This document shows, piece by piece, positions 35,301-47,670 of a stretch of 64,000 nucleotides of DNA; the stretch's first letter is position 1; every line of letters starts with the position of its first letter. The position numbers were made by a program, and so were the translations under genes. The notes under the pieces are model-generated. The model was given only the letters and a program-made list of their open reading frames with translations. It had not been told where the DNA came from and made no database searches. Source of the DNA: Azolla caroliniana (lineage: Eukaryota > Plantae > Polypodiophyta); contig JBHGNT010000007.1 in the NCBI GenBank assembly GCA_043228905.1, forward strand, positions 13,516,001 to 13,580,000, in the 5' to 3' direction.

Positions 35301-35608
35301 CAAAGGAGCCGGATCAACTGAAGGCCAAACAGACAAGGAGGAAATGGAAGTCGACACCGACACGGAAGAACCGATGGGTCGAGACGCGCCAGAACCATGA
35401 CAGCAAGGGACCTGATAAGGGCCGAAGGAGTAGACAAGCCGACCGAGAAGGTTGAGATGTGCGGAACCAGACGCGTCACGGGAAGACGAACCGGACCAGA
35501 CAAGGAGCGCGAGCCAGACGAGAGGACACCAGGGAGAGCCGGAGGAGAGGACCAACTACCACAGACACTTACACTGCGATCCGACCACAAGTTGAGCTTG
35601 AGGGGGAG

Positions 35609-36052
35609 TATTGAGCGGACAAGCTCAACTAGATCCAGATCGGCTGAATAAGCCAGAGCCGGATTGGTATCCGGAACGGAGAACCGAGTAGGTATCCGAA
35701 TCGGTATATGGAACCAAGAGTCATATCGGAGAGACGGATCGGAATATAACTGGTAGGACGTTAGAGGTCTACACTCTTAGCCTAGTACGTAGGCAGATTC
35801 CTTGGAGTTAATGTCAGTCGCTCGTATAAGCATTAAAGTACTTGCCAATACTTTTGTCAATCCCTTTAAGGACTTGTATAAAAAGTGTTTTGTAGGAAAA
35901 TTGTATGTACAGAGTGTTATTATTTTGAATTGAGTTCACTTTTCTGCTCTCTCTGTCTTTGTGATTCAAGCTTCCATTCAACCTTGTGTATGTTTTTCTA
36001 TTGGTATCCGGATAAACCGGTTTGTCAAAGCTTCCGCATATTAACTTTGACA
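35609..36052 (+). repeat. Copia-A 3' LTR
   Basis: Follows the PPT; homologous to the minus-strand LTR 52533-52969; ends ...tttgaca before the host Copia-B resumes. Confidence 0.8.
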
Positions 36053-36429
36053 GAAAGTAGTGAGGAGTCGGGACGTAATCTTCTTGGAAGACAAGAAAAT
36101 TGAGGACTAAAAGCAACAGAAGTTAGAATCGACTTCCCAATCAACTCCCACTATTACCAACATAAGACCAAGTGAACCGGCGCAATCGGTTGTTCGGAGA
36201 CAGCCAGCCGGCATAGCCAAATCCGATTCAGTCGCCTTGGAGCAACTGATGAACACAGATGAGTCGAAGTCGGTAAAAGAATACGAGTCGGGGTTGGTTG
36301 ACCTTTGGAAATTGATCAACATGTATGAACCCGAGCCAAGAGAAGAGTTGGCAAATACATCTGGACTGGAGCGGATAACGAGTGGAAGAAGGTACCCACT
36401 CGGAGAAAGGAGAGCATCGATGACATATA

Positions 36430-37207
36430 TGTTGGGAGACAGGTCCCTCCGGATGGGAAGGGAGAAGATCAGTGCCGATGAACAAACTCGGCCGAGGCCG
36501 ATAGGCCGAGGCTGAAGACCGTATGAGGTGGACCCGGTCACGGAGAGCCGGATGATGCAGACCCGGTGAAGACCAGATGAGGAGTACCTGGCTACGGAGA
36601 GCCGGATGATGCAGACCCGGTGAAGACCGGATGAGGAGTATCTGGCTACGGAGAGCCGGATGGTGCAGGCCCGGTGTGAACCGGATGAGGAGTACCTGGC
36701 TATGGAGAGCCGGATGGTGCAGGCCCGGTGTGCACCGGAGGAAGAGACATATTCGTAAATATGTTTCTAAGAGCCCATCGAGGCTACATTTGTAAATAGC
36801 CGAAAAGTCATATTAGTATAAATATGACTTAGGGCAAACTTTATAGTTGGACGTTGTCATTTTCTTGTTGGTGCAAGAAGTGAGAGTGTGTAACAGTGTA
36901 CAGGTTGAGAGAGAGAGAGAGAGCGAACGAGGTCGTTGCCTCTGTTGTAACCGCCGCCTGTGGCGAAGATCGTGAGCACGAGGTCGTTGCCTCCGTGAAC
37001 TCACTGTTTTTTGTACATTCCAATATAGTGATAGTTTGCAGCCAGTGGGCTGCCGTGGTTTTTCCCTCTTTGGGTTTTCCACGTAAACATTCTATGTACC
37101 CTTTTCTCTCCTTTGTGTCGCGTGCATTTGTTTCCCGTTTTTCTGTGTATGAAAAGAATCTTGGTTGTGGCCGAGTGTTGGACATAAGGAGCATTGAGTT
37201 CTCGTCA
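36430..37207 (+). mobile_element. Solo LTR related to the 22366 Copia LTR
   Basis: tgttgggag...cgtca; TSD ATATA on both sides; shares the tgtaaatagc...tataaatatgacttagggcaaac block. Confidence 0.9.
36540..36746 (+). repeat. 54-bp tandem repeat, about 3.8 copies, in the solo LTR
   Basis: Units acggagagccggatgatgcagacccggtg... start at 36540, 36594, 36648 and 36702. Confidence 0.9.
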
Positions 37208-40200
37208 ATATACCAATCAATGCATCCTCTTGACTGATGAAGGTGAACTTGAGTGCTATGAAGAAGCCATAACCGATGAACACAAAGAGAAATGGCAGAG
37301 TGCAATTCAAGATGAGATGGACTCCTTGCATGAGAATTACACCTACGACCTAGTAGAGCTATTGAAAGATAAGAGAGCACTTAAAAATAAATGGGTCTAC
37401 AAGGTAAAGGCTAGAGAAGTCAACAACACACCTAGATATAAAGCTTACATTGTGGTGAAGGGGTTTCAACAGAAAAAGGGTGTCAACTTTGACGAAATTT
37501 TTGCACCAATCGTGAAGATAACATCCATTCGAACTGTTCTAAGCATTGTTGCGACCATGGATCTGGAGATCGAACAGTTGGATGTCAAGACAACATTCTT
37601 GCAGGGGGGAGCTAGAAGAAGAAATCTATATGCAGAAGCCCGAAGGCTTTGCGGAGAAAGGGAAAAAGAACTTGGTGTGTCGACTAAAGAAAAGTTTGTA
37701 TGGGTTGAAACAGGCTCCATGCCAATGGTACAAGAAGTTTGAATCCTTCATGATGGAACATCGGTTCCAGAAAACATAGGAAAATCATTGTGTATTCATC
37801 AAAAGGTACGATTAAGGTGACTTCTTGATTCTCTTGTTATATGTGGATGACATGTTGATAGTCGGACAAGTCACGAAGAAGATTGGAAGGTTAAAGAAAG
37901 CTTTAGGCAAGTCGTTTGCCATGAAATATCTTGGACCGACAAGATAGATCTTAGGGATGCACATAGTTTGGGACAGAACTAAGAGAGTGATGTGGTTGTC
38001 ACAACAGAAATATGTGACAAAGATCTTGGAGAGATTCAATATGTCAACAGAAAATCCAGTTGGCTCTGTGTTGCCGACTAACTGCAAGTTGAATGCTAAG
38101 CAATGCCTAAAAGGGGAAAGAGAAAAGGTTGAGATGAGGAAAGTTCCATATGCCTCAGTCGTCGGTAGTTTAATGTATGCTATGGTCTGTACGAGACTAG
38201 ACATAGCATTTGTTGTGAGGGCAGTAAGCCGATATATGAGTAATCCAGGTATCGAACATTGGGCAATGGTTGAATGGATACTCAAGTACTTGAAAGGCAC
38301 CTTTGAGGTATGCCTAAGGTATGGTGTCGGAAAAACTATGCTCAAAGGGTTTATCGACTCGGATATGTCGAGGGACATAGATTCCAGCCAATCCACATTA
38401 GGGTACGTGATGACAACGCAGGGGGAGCATTGTCATGGCAGTCACGACTTTAGAAATTTGTGGCCTTATCAACCACAGAGGTTGAGTATATGGTAGCGGT
38501 AGAGGCCAACAAAGAGTTGATTTTGATGAGAAACTTTCTCTATGAGTTGGGAATGAAGCAAAGGGAGTTCTTACTTCATTGTGACAACCAAAGCGCTATA
38601 CATCTAGCCAAGAACATTGTGTACCACTCCTGGACCATGCACATATAGAGAAGATATCACTGGTTGCAGGAGAAAGTGGAAGAAGGAGAGTTTACCCTTG
38701 TGAAGATCCATACCAACGACAATTGATCCGACATGCTGACGAAGAACCTACCAACGGACAGACTAAGAGTCTATTGACAGAGGACAGGACTAACTGACTC
38801 CACCCATAGGAGTGAAGGGGGAGTTTGTTAGGAATATGTCCCTCCTATGGGAGCATCTGATTGGTCGGGCCAAGAGCCGATAGTCGAAGACAAAGGGGGG
38901 GTCGACATGGAGAGTTGATAGTATAGTAAGTAATCCAAGTCGAAGACACGACCGACCAGTGAGGTTCCCCGGATTGTCAAAGACAAGGTCAACTTGTCTG
39001 GCCGACTGGACAGTCCACACTGGAGTCGACTAGTCGAATCGACTAGTCGACCAATCGGCTGATTAACCATTAGTGTTATTCAATATAATAATAGGAATGA
39101 TAGTAGTAGTGGATAAATTTGTAAATAGCCCATTTAGTGTATAAGTATAAATACACTTAGGGAAAACAAACATAGATGAGGTAGAACGAAGTGTTCAAGA
39201 GCCTATGTTGAAGAGTGTGATAGTAAAGTATGAGAGAGTGTGAGAGATAGAGAGTGAACGGTGCCATAACAGAGTGAGCTTAGACGCCAAGAGCCCTATG
39301 TGGCTGATACACTCTGTTTAGAGAGTGTTGTATTTTCATCTCCTCCTGTAATTCTGTTGTATAGTGGAATATCTCTGTTCCCGTGGTTTTTCCCTATTTA
39401 GGGTTTTCCACGTAAATCACTGTGTACTGTGCATTTGCTGTTTTTAGTCTTTCCGCAACATTGTGTATTTCCTAGTCGGTCTTTCTAATGAATCATAGGG
39501 AACAAACCCTAACCGTTTCTCGTTGAGGATGCAATGCAGACCATCCTACTACCGTGTACCCTGCCGGACAGCTAGGAGAATTTGGCGGTGACTCGCAACA
39601 CTTCATGTCAAGAAGAGAACTTGTCTCTACAAGTGGTAAAGACAAGCATCTTGAATGAAGAGACAAGAAGGAAGGACAAGAGTGTCCTGTCTCAGTCAGA
39701 GTCAAACTTGACTCAACAAAACGGTTGAGGAAGGAACCGGCAAAGAAGTCCATAAAGAAAGGACAAGTCCCAAGCTAGATCCAAGTCCAGAGGCAAGCTG
39801 ACATGCTTTTCTTGTGGAAATCTTGGACACTTCCAGAAGGACTACCGACACCTCAAGAAGGACAAAGGTGTTGGTAATAATGTCGAACCTACGAAGATTC
39901 CTGATGAAAAGGGCACACCAGTTGTAGCTACGAGTGTAGAGGAGATCTTGTTCAGTTTTTAGCAAGCAAGCACAAATCTTGCAAGAGAAAAGTGCACATG
40001 GGTGATCGACTCCAGTGCATCCTTCCATATCATTCAGTCAAGAGAGAGCTTCTCGACTTACATAATCGGGGACCATGGCATAGGAACTGTAAGATGGGAG
40101 ATAATGGTGAGTGTAAGATAGTCGGCATAGGAACTGTAAGCCTGATGACGTCGACAGGTTGTCGACTGACTCTGAGGGAAGTTCAACATGTCCCCAATAT

Positions 40201-42470
40201 CATATTGAATCTGATATCGAATGGAAGGTTGGATGATGAAGGCTATAGTGGTAGCTTTTGAAACGGAAAGTGGAAGTTCTACTGAGGAAACCTCATAGTG
40301 GCCCGAGCACAGAAAGAGGACACACTATATATAATGTATGCCCGAGTGTGCAAGTCAAAAGTGAATGTGGCAACTGACTCGAGTGGAGAGTTATGGCATA
40401 AGAGACTAGGCCACATGAGGGATGCATATCCTAGCCGACCAAGAACTTCTCCCAGAAGTGAAAGGAGTGCACTTGGAGAAATGTGTCGACTGCTTAGTCA
40501 GAAGGTAGAACAGGACAACATTCCACTCAAGACCACCAAAAAGTGCACTGGAACTAGTACACAAGGATGTGTGCTATGTAGATGCTCCATCACATCGAGG
40601 TGGACAATACTTCGTCATGTTTATTGACGACTATAGCCGGAAGCCATGGGCCTTTGTACTAAAGTCGAAGGATCAAGTATTTTTTGAACTACCCTTTATA
40701 TTCACCTTGCATCTTCAAAGGACAATTCAAGGCCCAAGGTATTCGAATCAAATACATTGTATCGAAGACCCCTGAATTGAACGTTCTTGCATATAGGATG
40801 AATCAAACGATCATGGAGAAAGTAAGGAACATGTTGCATGCTAAGCTGCTGAAATCTTATTGGGTTGAGATGATGTACACATTTGTTTATCTGATCATTG
40901 AAAGGTGATATCCCACAGAGGGTGTGGACAGGAAAGGGTGTCTCCTACCGACACCTGAGGGTGTTCGGATTTCTGGTGTATATGCATGTGGCTAAGGATC
41001 AGAGGTCGAAGCTTGACAGCAAGTCGAAACCATGCATATTCATGGGATACTCGGAGGACAAGTTCGGCTACCGGCTTTGGGACATAGTTGACAAGAAAGT
41101 AGTGAGGATTCGGGATGTTGTCTTCTTGGAAGAAAAGACTATTCAGGACTGGAAGCAATAGAAGTTGGAATCGACTACCCAGTCAACTCCCACTACTACC
41201 GACTTAAGGCTAAGTGAACCGACACAATATGTTTGGAGATAGCCAGTCAGCAGAGCCGAATCCGAGTCGGTTGACTCGGAGCAACTGACCAATACAGATG
41301 AGTGGGAGTCGGTGGACCTACTGAAGTCGATCAAGGAATACGAGTCAGATTCAACTAACAATCAACGAACGATTGACACATATGAACCCAAACCAAGAGT
41401 AGAATTGGGAGAGACATCCGAACTGGAGCGGACAACGAGTGGAAGAAGATACCCACTCAGAGAAAGAAGAGTGCCGACTACATATGCTAGTCAATACATC
41501 CTCTTGACTGATGAAGGTGAACCTGAGTGCTATGATGAAGCCATTGCCGACGAGTACAAGGAGAACTCGCAGGGTACGATGCAAGAGAGATGGACTCTTT
41601 GCACGAGAGTTATACTTACGACTTGGTGGAGCTAGCAAAAGATAAGAGGACACTAAAAAATAAATGGGTCTACAAGGTGAAGACTAGAGAAGTCGACAAA
41701 AAACCAAGATATAAAGCCCGCATTGTGGTGAAGGGGTTCTAGTAGAGGCTGGAAAAGAGCTGATTTGGATGAGAAATTTTCTCTATGAGTTGGGAATGAA
41801 ACAAATAGAGTTCCTACTTTATTGTGACAGTTAAAGCACCATACATCTACCAAAGAATGTTCTATACCACTCCTGAACCAAGCACATACAAAGAAGGTAT
41901 CATTGGTTGTGGGAGAAAGTGGAGGAAGGAGAGTTCACCCTTGTGAAGATCCATACTGACGACAATGGATCTGACATGCTGACAAAGAACCTACGAATGG
42001 ATAGACTTTGAGTCTGTCGATAGAGGACAGGGTTGATCGATTCCACCCATAGGAGTGAAGGGGAGTTTGTTAGGAATATGTCCCTCCCATGGGAGGGGCT
42101 GACTAGTCGGGCAAAGAGCCGACTCATGAAGAGTCAACTGGGAGAGAGTTGACATGAAGAGTCGACGACATAGTAAGTGATCCAAGTCGACAACACAACT
42201 GACTAGTGGGGCCAACCAGAGGGTCAACGACAAGGCAGACTAGTCGGGTCGACTAGACGTCGACATTGGAGTCGGTTAGTCGAATCGACTAGTCGATCAA
42301 TCAACCGATTAACTATTATTGTTATTTGGTATAATAATAGGAATGATAGTAGCAGTGGCTACATTTGTAAATAGCTCATAATAAATACACTTAGGGCAAA
42401 CACAGAATTATTGTAGAACAAAGTGTTTAGAATAGTGTTATAGTTTCTATAGCAAAAGAGTTACAGAGGG

Positions 42471-42473
<3 letters not shown>

Positions 42474-42556
<83 letters not shown>
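42474..42556 (+). repeat. Compound microsatellite (GA)n-(GAAA)n
   Basis: Seen directly. Confidence 0.95.
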
Positions 42557-42558
<2 letters not shown>

Positions 42559-43221
42559 TATTAACGTCTTCTAAGGCCAAAATTGGCCCATGAGACAAAC
42601 GGTTTACAACAAAAAATGGGATATTTACCCATTCATCGAAAGTAAATAAATAAATAAATAGAGTTTTAAGCTGAATTGTTCTAGTAAAATAAAAATAACA
42701 AACATGTTCTACAATGAAAATGATGTTATACTAGGCCTAATTTCATTTCCATCCAAGTCTCTTGAAGAGAAGCGGGAGGTCAAAGGGTTTCGATGTGGAT
42801 GTGGCCCATGGCCCCAATGTAAAAGGTACCTCAACCATAGGTTCTAGTCAACGTAGCTTACGTTCCCTTATCGTCTTAATCCTTTCTACTTCGTGTCGAC
42901 TTGTTTTGAAGCCCAACATCCGAGGGCGTTTGGTTGTTCTTTGCATTTCGGCTTCCTCAAGAGAGAGGCCTAGCGGCGTAAGTGTATCCACATTCATCGT
43001 CTCCCCTTGTTCCTGAAAAATTACACTAGTTACAAGATGATGAATAGTAAAAGGGTTATGGTTAACACTTTGTAATTTATTCTCCCTATGTTGTTTTAGC
43101 TCTAAGATATACCTACCTAGTCTCTTTACATCCAGGGTATCTAATAGTTTGGAGAGGGTGGGAGAGGGTCCTAATATGTCTTGGTATTCCACTTGTATCT
43201 CGGCATAAGTTGGGCACTTGC

Positions 43222-43223
<2 letters not shown>
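42514..43223 (-). mobile_element. Probable 5'-truncated non-LTR retrotransposon 3' end with a (TTTC)n tail, inserted in the (GA)n tract of the LTR
   Basis: (GA)n on both sides and LTR resumes at 43224; minus-strand peptide CPTYAEIQVEYQDIL...LGRYILEL resembles LINE ORF2 C-termini. Confidence 0.55.
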
Positions 43224-43254
<31 letters not shown>

Positions 43255-43559
43255 GCGGTAGAGTTTAGCGAACCTACAAAGAACCCTAAGTGGTTATCCT
43301 CCTAGCATCAGAGACGACTTGTAACTGTTCTTTGTATTCTTTGTTTATAGTGGAAGACTTGTTCTCTCGTGGTTTTCCCCGTTTAGGATTTCCACCTTAA
43401 ACATTGTGTATTGTGCATTTGCTGTTTATCAGTTTTACGCGTTATTGTGTATTTCGGAGTTTGATCCCCGACACAAACCTCCACCAAGAATGGTGAGGCT
43501 AACTATTTTCATCCCTCACTACCTAAATCTTGTTATTCTTTATCCTCAAGGCTTTTGAG

Positions 43560-43830
43560 GCCGGACTCCTTCCTTGATCATTTCTTGAAGATCTTCACTC
43601 TTTTTTGTTGGCACCGACATTCTCATTTGCTTTGATCACCACATACAACCTAAAGCACCGTCTCATGAACATCATCATTTATTTATGTTGGTTGTCGAGG
43701 CTGCTATCATACCTCATCATCCAATCTCCTTCTTCAATCTTCCTACATCATAGTCGATGCATATTATCTACCTCCCCTTCTTTTTTTGCCCTAGCAACCT
43801 TCAACTTGGCCATTGCCAACATAATCTCAT
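43560..43830 (-). pseudogene. Old remnant of the Gypsy-1/2-lineage integrase C-terminus
   Basis: Translates as KIEEGDWMMRYDSSLDNQH...RVKIFKK. Confidence 0.75.
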
Positions 43831-43836
43831 AATTGG

Positions 43837-43921
43837 TAGAACCCTAGAACATTCTAGAACTTCCTAAAACTTCTAGGAACATTCTAGAACATCCTACAAC
43901 TTCCTAGAACATTCTAGAAAA
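43837..43921 (+). repeat. Short imperfect tandem repeat (~10-bp ttctagaaca units)
   Basis: tagaacattctagaacttcctaaaacttctaggaacattctagaac... Confidence 0.7.
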
Positions 43922-46900
43922 CGCTAAAATGTTGCATGAACCACTATATAATGAATCTCCCTCACTCCCTTTGAACCATTCTGGTTCAACACCAGTCGTG
44001 AGTCCTCCAAGTAAGTTCTCTCTTGTATCTCTTTATCTTAATGCATATTTCCTTTCTTCTATACATGTTAGAGCCCATCTCGTTATCTACCATTCGAACC
44101 ATTGCTTCCTTGCGACTTAGCTCACATGCATTACAATGTGAAACAGGGCGTTAGGGCACAAGTGATGAGAGTGGTCAGCAACGCACACTTTTCCCTAAAC
44201 AATCTTCTGATTCCGAGTATCACACTTTGATACTAAACTCTGCCTTTGATCATATTCGACCATGCTTTCCACATATCTTCGACTGAGCCCAATCCTCTCA
44301 TGAATTTCTCTCACAACCACAATGTGCACTCTCAATTGCAACATTCATTGGTAAAGTTCTTGAACATCGAGAATCGCTAGTCACTTTCACACATATCACG
44401 TTAAATGTAATATTTGACCTCCGAAAACGATAATAAAATCTATGTATGTATGTATCTATCTATCTATATCTACCTACTATCTCGTTTATTTCCGTCCTAT
44501 ATATCATCATTTTCTCGTGCTCACTCTATCCATTACTATCTTGTCTATCCCTTTCATTATCACTCTTTTTGTCGCCTTTTTGTAGTGCTATCTTGTCTCA
44601 ACTCTGATAGTTTAAAACCAGAATTCCCCTTTCCTTAGCCACTTCTGAAACCCTTGTTGAGATATCAAGCTCAACTACATTTAATATTTTTTCATATGTG
44701 TAACTTAGTAGTTACATACATAGAATCTAGTTAGTATGTTGACTTCAAAGTATTAAATAGGATTTTATACTTGTACTTCAGAATGGATACATTCTAGATC
44801 CTCCACAACCAAGTATATTTAATATAGGACTTACATCTGTGCACCTATATTCTCCCCACACATGTGCACCCTTGCACATGGGATGTATATATATACCTCA
44901 TGGTGGGTATTTTCGTAACTTGATGTCTTTTTAATATACGTAAGTGTTCCTTAAGCTACACTTGTGTTAATCATCCCCCATTTATCTTATTGTTCATAAG
45001 TGTACTTCCTCTCTCTCTTTCCCTCTCACATATGCACACACACATCACATAATCTTCCGCTGCTTAATCACATACGTGATTAACTATTCACATAATTAGA
45101 TACTAATTAACCCTTAGTTAATTGCCTAATTATTAACAACCCTAGTCGTTGTTAGCAAACAAGATTTTATGACTATTATCTTTGAATTGGAAAGCTATAA
45201 AAACAAGTTTGTGGTGCTTGAGATGGAGAATCAATGATTATGTGAGGATCTCCAAAAGGTGTATGTGGAAAAACAACAACATGATAAATTCACACAGTGA
45301 GTATAACAATTAAAGTAAGTTTTGGTGTGTCATGGTGGTCTTGCAACAACATTCGAGAGGACCTTGTTCATCATGTTGTCGTGAGGTGGGTGTTCATGGG
45401 AGGAAAAACATCAAATTCAAGATATATGAGAGGTTGAAAAATACAACAAAACCATGTCAACAAGCAGAACAAGAAATGGGATGAAGCATTAAACAACAAA
45501 AAGATGTAGCTCAATTGGCAAGAGCTTATTCTTAGAACAATAAGGTCAAGTATATCGATTTTGTTTGGACCATGAAAGGAATATATGGACTTTGTTGGGT
45601 CAAATGAGGGAAAAGTGAATTGATAGATGTAACAATCGACCGTTTACTCACACCAGGCACCTTGGAAATATAGATATAGGTGCACCCAAGATGGAAAAAA
45701 GCACGGAGCTTGCTAAAAGAAATGTTTATTATTTTTATTTATAGGGAATGGTTTATGAATTCTTGATTTATTTTTATTCTTTCTAGAGATAAAAGGAGAC
45801 TGGCAATGTATGAAAAATAAGAACAAAGTTTGCAAGCATATGAGAAGACTGTGTTGGAATTGCTCATCCCAAGTAATGCCAAAGTTTGAGTTGTATTGGA
45901 ATTGGTTGAAGGCCAAGAACTCTTTGGGTTCTCTAGAAACAATGGTGTAGATGGGTCTTTTTCCAATCAAACCATGCATCAAGGAATGTTATTATAGAAG
46001 ATATGGAGTGAAGTTGTAGCCACTCTAAAGAGCCAATATGATGGTCTCACGAGCGGATCTAATGGAGTCAAAAGACAATGATTAGCCTTCATCCAATAAT
46101 GGTCATCCTCTCCCTTTCTTGAGTTAGTGGGCCTCCACATAAGATGGAACTATCATATCCCTATTGGGATTTGTATGTAACAACTTTATGATCATGCTAC
46201 TCTATGACTACACCTATGTTTTCTCTCTCATTTAAATGACATCCATCTTCCTGAAAAGAGACTCTTGACCATCAACAAAAGTTATTTCTAAGATGTATTA
46301 TTTAAGGATACTTTATGCAATATTATATTCCCATTATATATAGAAATGCAATTGGATATTGATTTTGTGTGGAAAACAATTATTCGGATGATAATATTGT
46401 CACGAACCCATTATTATTGGTACGATAACATTAACTCTATGCAATTGCCACCAACCAATTATTATTATATATAATAATATTGTGACATCTAGCCAATTAT
46501 ATGGGTTGCAACTACCAAATGGGAGGGATTTTATGGCTCAAGGTTATGCATATCAATCAATATATTATTCCTCAAATCTCCCCAAAACTAATGGATTCTC
46601 CTTAGGCCTACATGACCTTTCTTATTGTTTCTTTAGGCCTATTTAATGTTAATGAGCAAAAATATTTGTTTTCTTTGAGAAACATGAACATGAGGTGCAT
46701 GATCTTAGGTTGAGGCATGAAAACCATGAAATGGAATTGCCAATTGTGAAACAATTTCGACATTTACTCTTGTGACTAGAATTTTGATATAGATTATGGC
46801 CATATTTACATTTGCAAGACAAATAGCAAAACAACTATGCAACACAATTTCGTTTCCCTTGGCCCAACCATTCAACTCCCCATGTACGCTTGCTTTTTCC

Positions 46901-47670
46901 TTTGGTTTCACACATGGGGGCTACATATCAATCCATAATTCTTTTGCCAAAGACTTCCAAGGGAATTGGTTCCAACTTGTGGGAGTACCTTTCTTTAAAT
47001 GATTAACGTGATAATTGCGAAGAAGCTCACTAGGTGGGGGTAAATTTGATATGTAAGCCATCTTTAACATTGCAAAAAATTATTTAGGAAGCATAATTAG
47101 ATACATAAGAAAGTACCTAATGAAGCACTTGCTTGCCCATGTAGTAGACAGATAGAGCAACGTTGCCTTCTCCTATGATTCAACCAAGGATAACAACAAT
47201 ACACACACTTACTTCTTCGCAAGTCCACGAAAATATTGAAGACTCCAAGGAGAAAGAGAATCCAGAAGTTGGCATCGTGTCTTCTGGATCCCTAGCCCAA
47301 TTGCCAACGTTCTTGCTCGGTGTTAAGATTGATCAATACCACATATGAGTGTACTCCTTTCAAAGACCCTATGAGTATTGTATCCCAGACTTTGCCAATG
47401 GCTCTTCTTCGGATTTTCTATGAACTTTTCCGGGCACTCCCACCCACATAGGCATACCTATGGTCTTGTATTGCGCAGAGTAGGAGTCTCTCCACCACAC
47501 TCTTACGTGGTGAAATTTTAATAAATGTTATTAAGAAAGATGTTTTTTTACATATCCCTATGTAAAAAGATGTTGTCTCTTAGCAAAGGATATTAGACTT
47601 CACAAATACATGCCACTAATTTGGGGAAAGATGGGTTTGTCGTGGTTTTGATGAGGATTGGACTTGGGAG

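Larger units (their letters stand above)
8485..36052 (+). mobile_element. Copia-A: decayed Ty1/Copia element in pieces (8485-8760, 9460-12229, 15584-15791, 34121-36052); 5' end not seen in the window
   Basis: gag VQICLGGL..., WYCGKKG knuckle, protease WYVDS, integrase, RT (CRLKK, LLYVDDL), RNase H (DWAGD...RRSTSG); many stops; PPT gagggggag then 3' LTR. Confidence 0.88.
36053..39488 (+). mobile_element. Copia-B: 3' half of a decayed Tnt1-like Copia (host of Copia-A) with 3' LTR from 38826
   Basis: Resumes at KVVRSRDVIFLED; RT/RH fragments similar to the 23023 protein; PPT agtgaagggggag; LTR tgttaggaatatgtccc, right end eroded. Confidence 0.85.
39515..43473 (+). mobile_element. Second Copia-B-family copy, 5'-truncated and lacking most of RT, with an interrupted 3' LTR (42068-43473)
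   Basis: Starts mid-gag (EDAMQ); PR and INT present; jumps from early RT to RNase H near 41745; PPT; LTR ends ccccgaca. Confidence 0.82.

Noticed and set aside
36540-36746. CRISPR-like array
   Set aside because: Contiguous tandem units with no unique spacers, in eukaryotic LTR context
43930-47600. Possible exons or transposase remnants
   Set aside because: No motif I could recognise; short ORFs only
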